64,000 bases of DNA from the human T2T-CHM13v2.0 reference genome, Homo sapiens. The translations under genes and the position numbers were made by a program. Shown piece after piece: positions 61,978 through 64,000 of this stretch; the first letter of the stretch is position 1; each line of letters begins with the position of its first letter. The stretch spans positions 12,288,001-12,352,000 of the forward strand of contig CP068257.2 of assembly GCA_009914755.4 (NCBI GenBank), in the 5' to 3' direction. The notes beneath the pieces were generated by a model, which saw only the letters and a program-made list of their open reading frames with translations, was not told the origin of the DNA and searched no databases.

Positions 61978-62289
61978 CAATGCTCTCCAATAGTAATATA
62001 ATGAGAACCCCATATGTTAAAGTTTCCTACATTAAAGAGTAAAAAGAAGCAGGTAAAGTTAATTGTATTAAATTTTATTTAACCCCGTGTATATTATCTG
62101 TAATATAATTTCAACATGTAATCAATATAAAAGTTATTAATGACATATTTCATTGTCTTTTTTAAATAAAGTCTTCGAATTTTGGTGTGTCTTTTATACT
62201 TGCAGCACATCTCAATTTGAACAAGCCACACTTAAAGTCCTCGATAGCCATGTGTGGCTGCCCAGTGGCTACCATGTTAGACACTGCAG
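61978..62289. mobile_element. MER1-type non-autonomous hAT (Charlie) DNA transposon with 8-bp target site duplication CTCTAGAG
   Basis: Termini caatgctctccaatagtaat... / ...taccatgttagacactgcag are imperfect TIRs. Internal ...gccacacttaaagtcctcgatagccatgtgtggctg... is the characteristic MER1 motif. Identical ctctagag at 61970-61977 and 62290-62297. Confidence 0.7.
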
Positions 62290-62936
62290 CTCTAGAGTAG
62301 GGATCAGGAAACTTTTCTCTTAAGGCCAGATAGTAAATATTTTAGGCTTTGCAGGTCATACAGTTTCTGTCATAACCATTCAGTTCTGCCTCTGAAGCAT
62401 GAAAGTGGCCACAGACAATATGTGAATGAACGGGCGTGGCTGTGTTTAACTAAGACTTTATATTTACAATAGCAAGTGATAGGCTGGATTTGGCCTATGG
62501 ATGGTAGCTTGCAGACCCGCTGTCCTCATTCAGCTACCTCTGTCCGCCAGGGGAGTGCCTAGGTGGCCAGAACCTCCTCTGGGCTTCAGCCCATGCTGCT
62601 TAGGTCCGGGGTCCCTTGGGGAGTCTCTGAACGTGCACCTCACAGTCTCACGTTTGTGTGGTGGACGATGTGCACATGCCTGCCCATCCTGGGTGGAATC
62701 CTCACGTGCTTGAGAGTCTAACACACTTCTAATAACTCATGAGGAAGACAAAATTATAAAGGAACTTTTCAAATACTTAGAACTGAAGAATAATAAAAAT
62801 ACTACATAGCAAAATGTGTAGAATGTAGTTAAAGTTCATTGTATACAGGGAAATGTAGCCTTTTAAAGACAGACTGGAAAAGAAGAAAGGCTACAAATTA
62901 ATGAGTTAAGCTTCCAACTTAAGGACAAAAGAGGCA

Positions 62937-63160
62937 AGGCATGGTGGCTCACGCCTGTAATCCCAGCACTTTGGGAGGCTGAGGTGGACAAATCACCTGA
63001 GGTCGGAAGTTCAAGACTAGCGTGACCAACATGGCAAGACCCCGTCTCTACTAAAAATACAAAAATTACCTGGGCATGGTGGCGGGCGCCTGTAATCCCA
63101 GCTACTCAGGAGGCTGAGGCAGGAGAATCGCTTGAACCTGGGAGGCAGAGGTTGCAGTGC
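62937..63160 (+). mobile_element. Alu SINE, 3'-truncated
   Basis: Alu consensus through ...gaggttgcagtg, then unique GC-rich sequence. Confidence 0.85.
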
Positions 63161-63974
63161 ACCAAGTCAGACCCTGACTCACGCTACCGCCCCTGCCACC
63201 CCCAGTTGTTTCAGAAGTGCTGCCTGGGGCAGAGGATCCTGGAGGCCTGGGAAGCCAATGACCACACACAGTAAGAGCCACTCGGACATGGAGGGACCCA
63301 GCCTGGCCAGTCAGGGATGCAGAAACGCACCTCAGCCGGGCACTGGTGATGCTGCGTGCAGGACTGCATGCTCTGGTGGAGCGCTGGGTGTGCGACACAG
63401 CTCCACACTCTGAGGCTGCCATGCAAGGGGCCCTCCTACTGGGTGGACAGCTGCAAATGCTACTTGGGGAGGGGACACAGGGAGCTGACAGGAAGCAGTC
63501 CCAGCCCCACCAGGCACCTGCTCTGGCCCCTGCCCAGCCTGGCTTGCCTAGGCTTTGCCCTCTTGCGGGTCCCCTGTCCATTCCTGATCTTCCCCCAAGA
63601 ACTCGGGTGCTCTATCAGCACTCGCACATGGGGACGCGTTATTTTGGTCTTTCCGTGTCTTCTGCTTAATGGGTGCTCCCTCTGGTCAGGACACATGTCC
63701 TGCTTATTGTCCTGGACCCAAAGCCATCCCCACCCATTCATTGTCCTGCTGGGAGCTGTCTGGCTCTGGGCGATATGAGGAGGGACTCACTGGAGCTGGG
63801 AGGGGTTTGAATGCAGCTGTGGGGAAGCAGAGGCTCAGCTGGGCTGCACAGCATGGAGGTCCCGCCCGACCCTCCCTGCAGGGTGCTGAGCCTGAGCTTT
63901 GCAGCTGACAGCGTGGGCTCAGCTCCTGCGCTACTGCTGCCACCAGCAGGGCTCAGGCCACACCACGGCCTTTC

Positions 63975-64000
63975 TGCCTCCGTTTCCCTGTCTGTAAAAT
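63975..64000 (+). mobile_element. Start of a MIR-like SINE (cctccgtttccctgtctgtaaaat) running off the window
   Basis: Resembles the MIR core gcctcagtttcctcatctgtaaaatggg. Confidence 0.3.

Noticed and set aside
62200-62297. Exon-like segment ttatacttgcag|CACATCTCAATTTGAACAAGCC...CTCTAGAG|gtaggg downstream of the NF1-like exons.
   Set aside because: It is the 3' half of a MER1-type hAT DNA transposon (61978-62289) with an 8-bp TSD. The AG/GT are coincidental.

Overview
This window reads as primate (almost certainly human) nuclear genomic DNA, not a microbial locus, and I find no evidence of a novel prokaryotic-style system. It is densely populated with Alu SINEs (about 29 copies), several L1 LINE fragments of different ages, a MER1-type hAT element and simple repeats. 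Two gene-derived structures are recognisable by spliced translation.

(1) On the minus strand, the 5' portion of an ANKRD20A-family ankyrin-repeat gene. I recognise ten coding exons between 1170 and 35972 (start ATG at 35972). Its promoter sits in a CpG island at about 35.6-38.4 kb, and the remaining exons run off the window start. An in-frame TGA created at the exon 4/exon 5 splice junction, plus frame inconsistencies further downstream, suggest an unprocessed pseudogene copy.

(2) On the plus strand at about 57.0-61.4 kb, at least four exons of an unprocessed NF1 (neurofibromin) pseudogene, with canonical splice sites and a frameshift/stop in one exon.

ANKRD20A-like and NF1-pseudogene segments together are typical of human pericentromeric segmental-duplication blocks.

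The most unusual sequence is the 36.2-43.9 kb block, all GC-rich satellite-like DNA of eukaryotic type. The ANKRD20A-like promoter, a roughly 1.2 kb CpG-rich ~50-bp minisatellite and a ~110-bp repeat unit are present again 3.5 kb upstream as an inverted, CpG-decayed partial duplicate. The two arms form a palindrome whose centre holds an inverted minisatellite copy and an L1 fragment. That block is followed by a roughly 3-kb strand-asymmetric (CCCTGGCCCTG)n-like array with strong G-quadruplex potential on the minus strand.

All calls are made by eye from the sequence and ORF track. Exon boundaries are to the nucleotide where splice motifs were visible. Repeat boundaries are approximate (+/- 10 bp).
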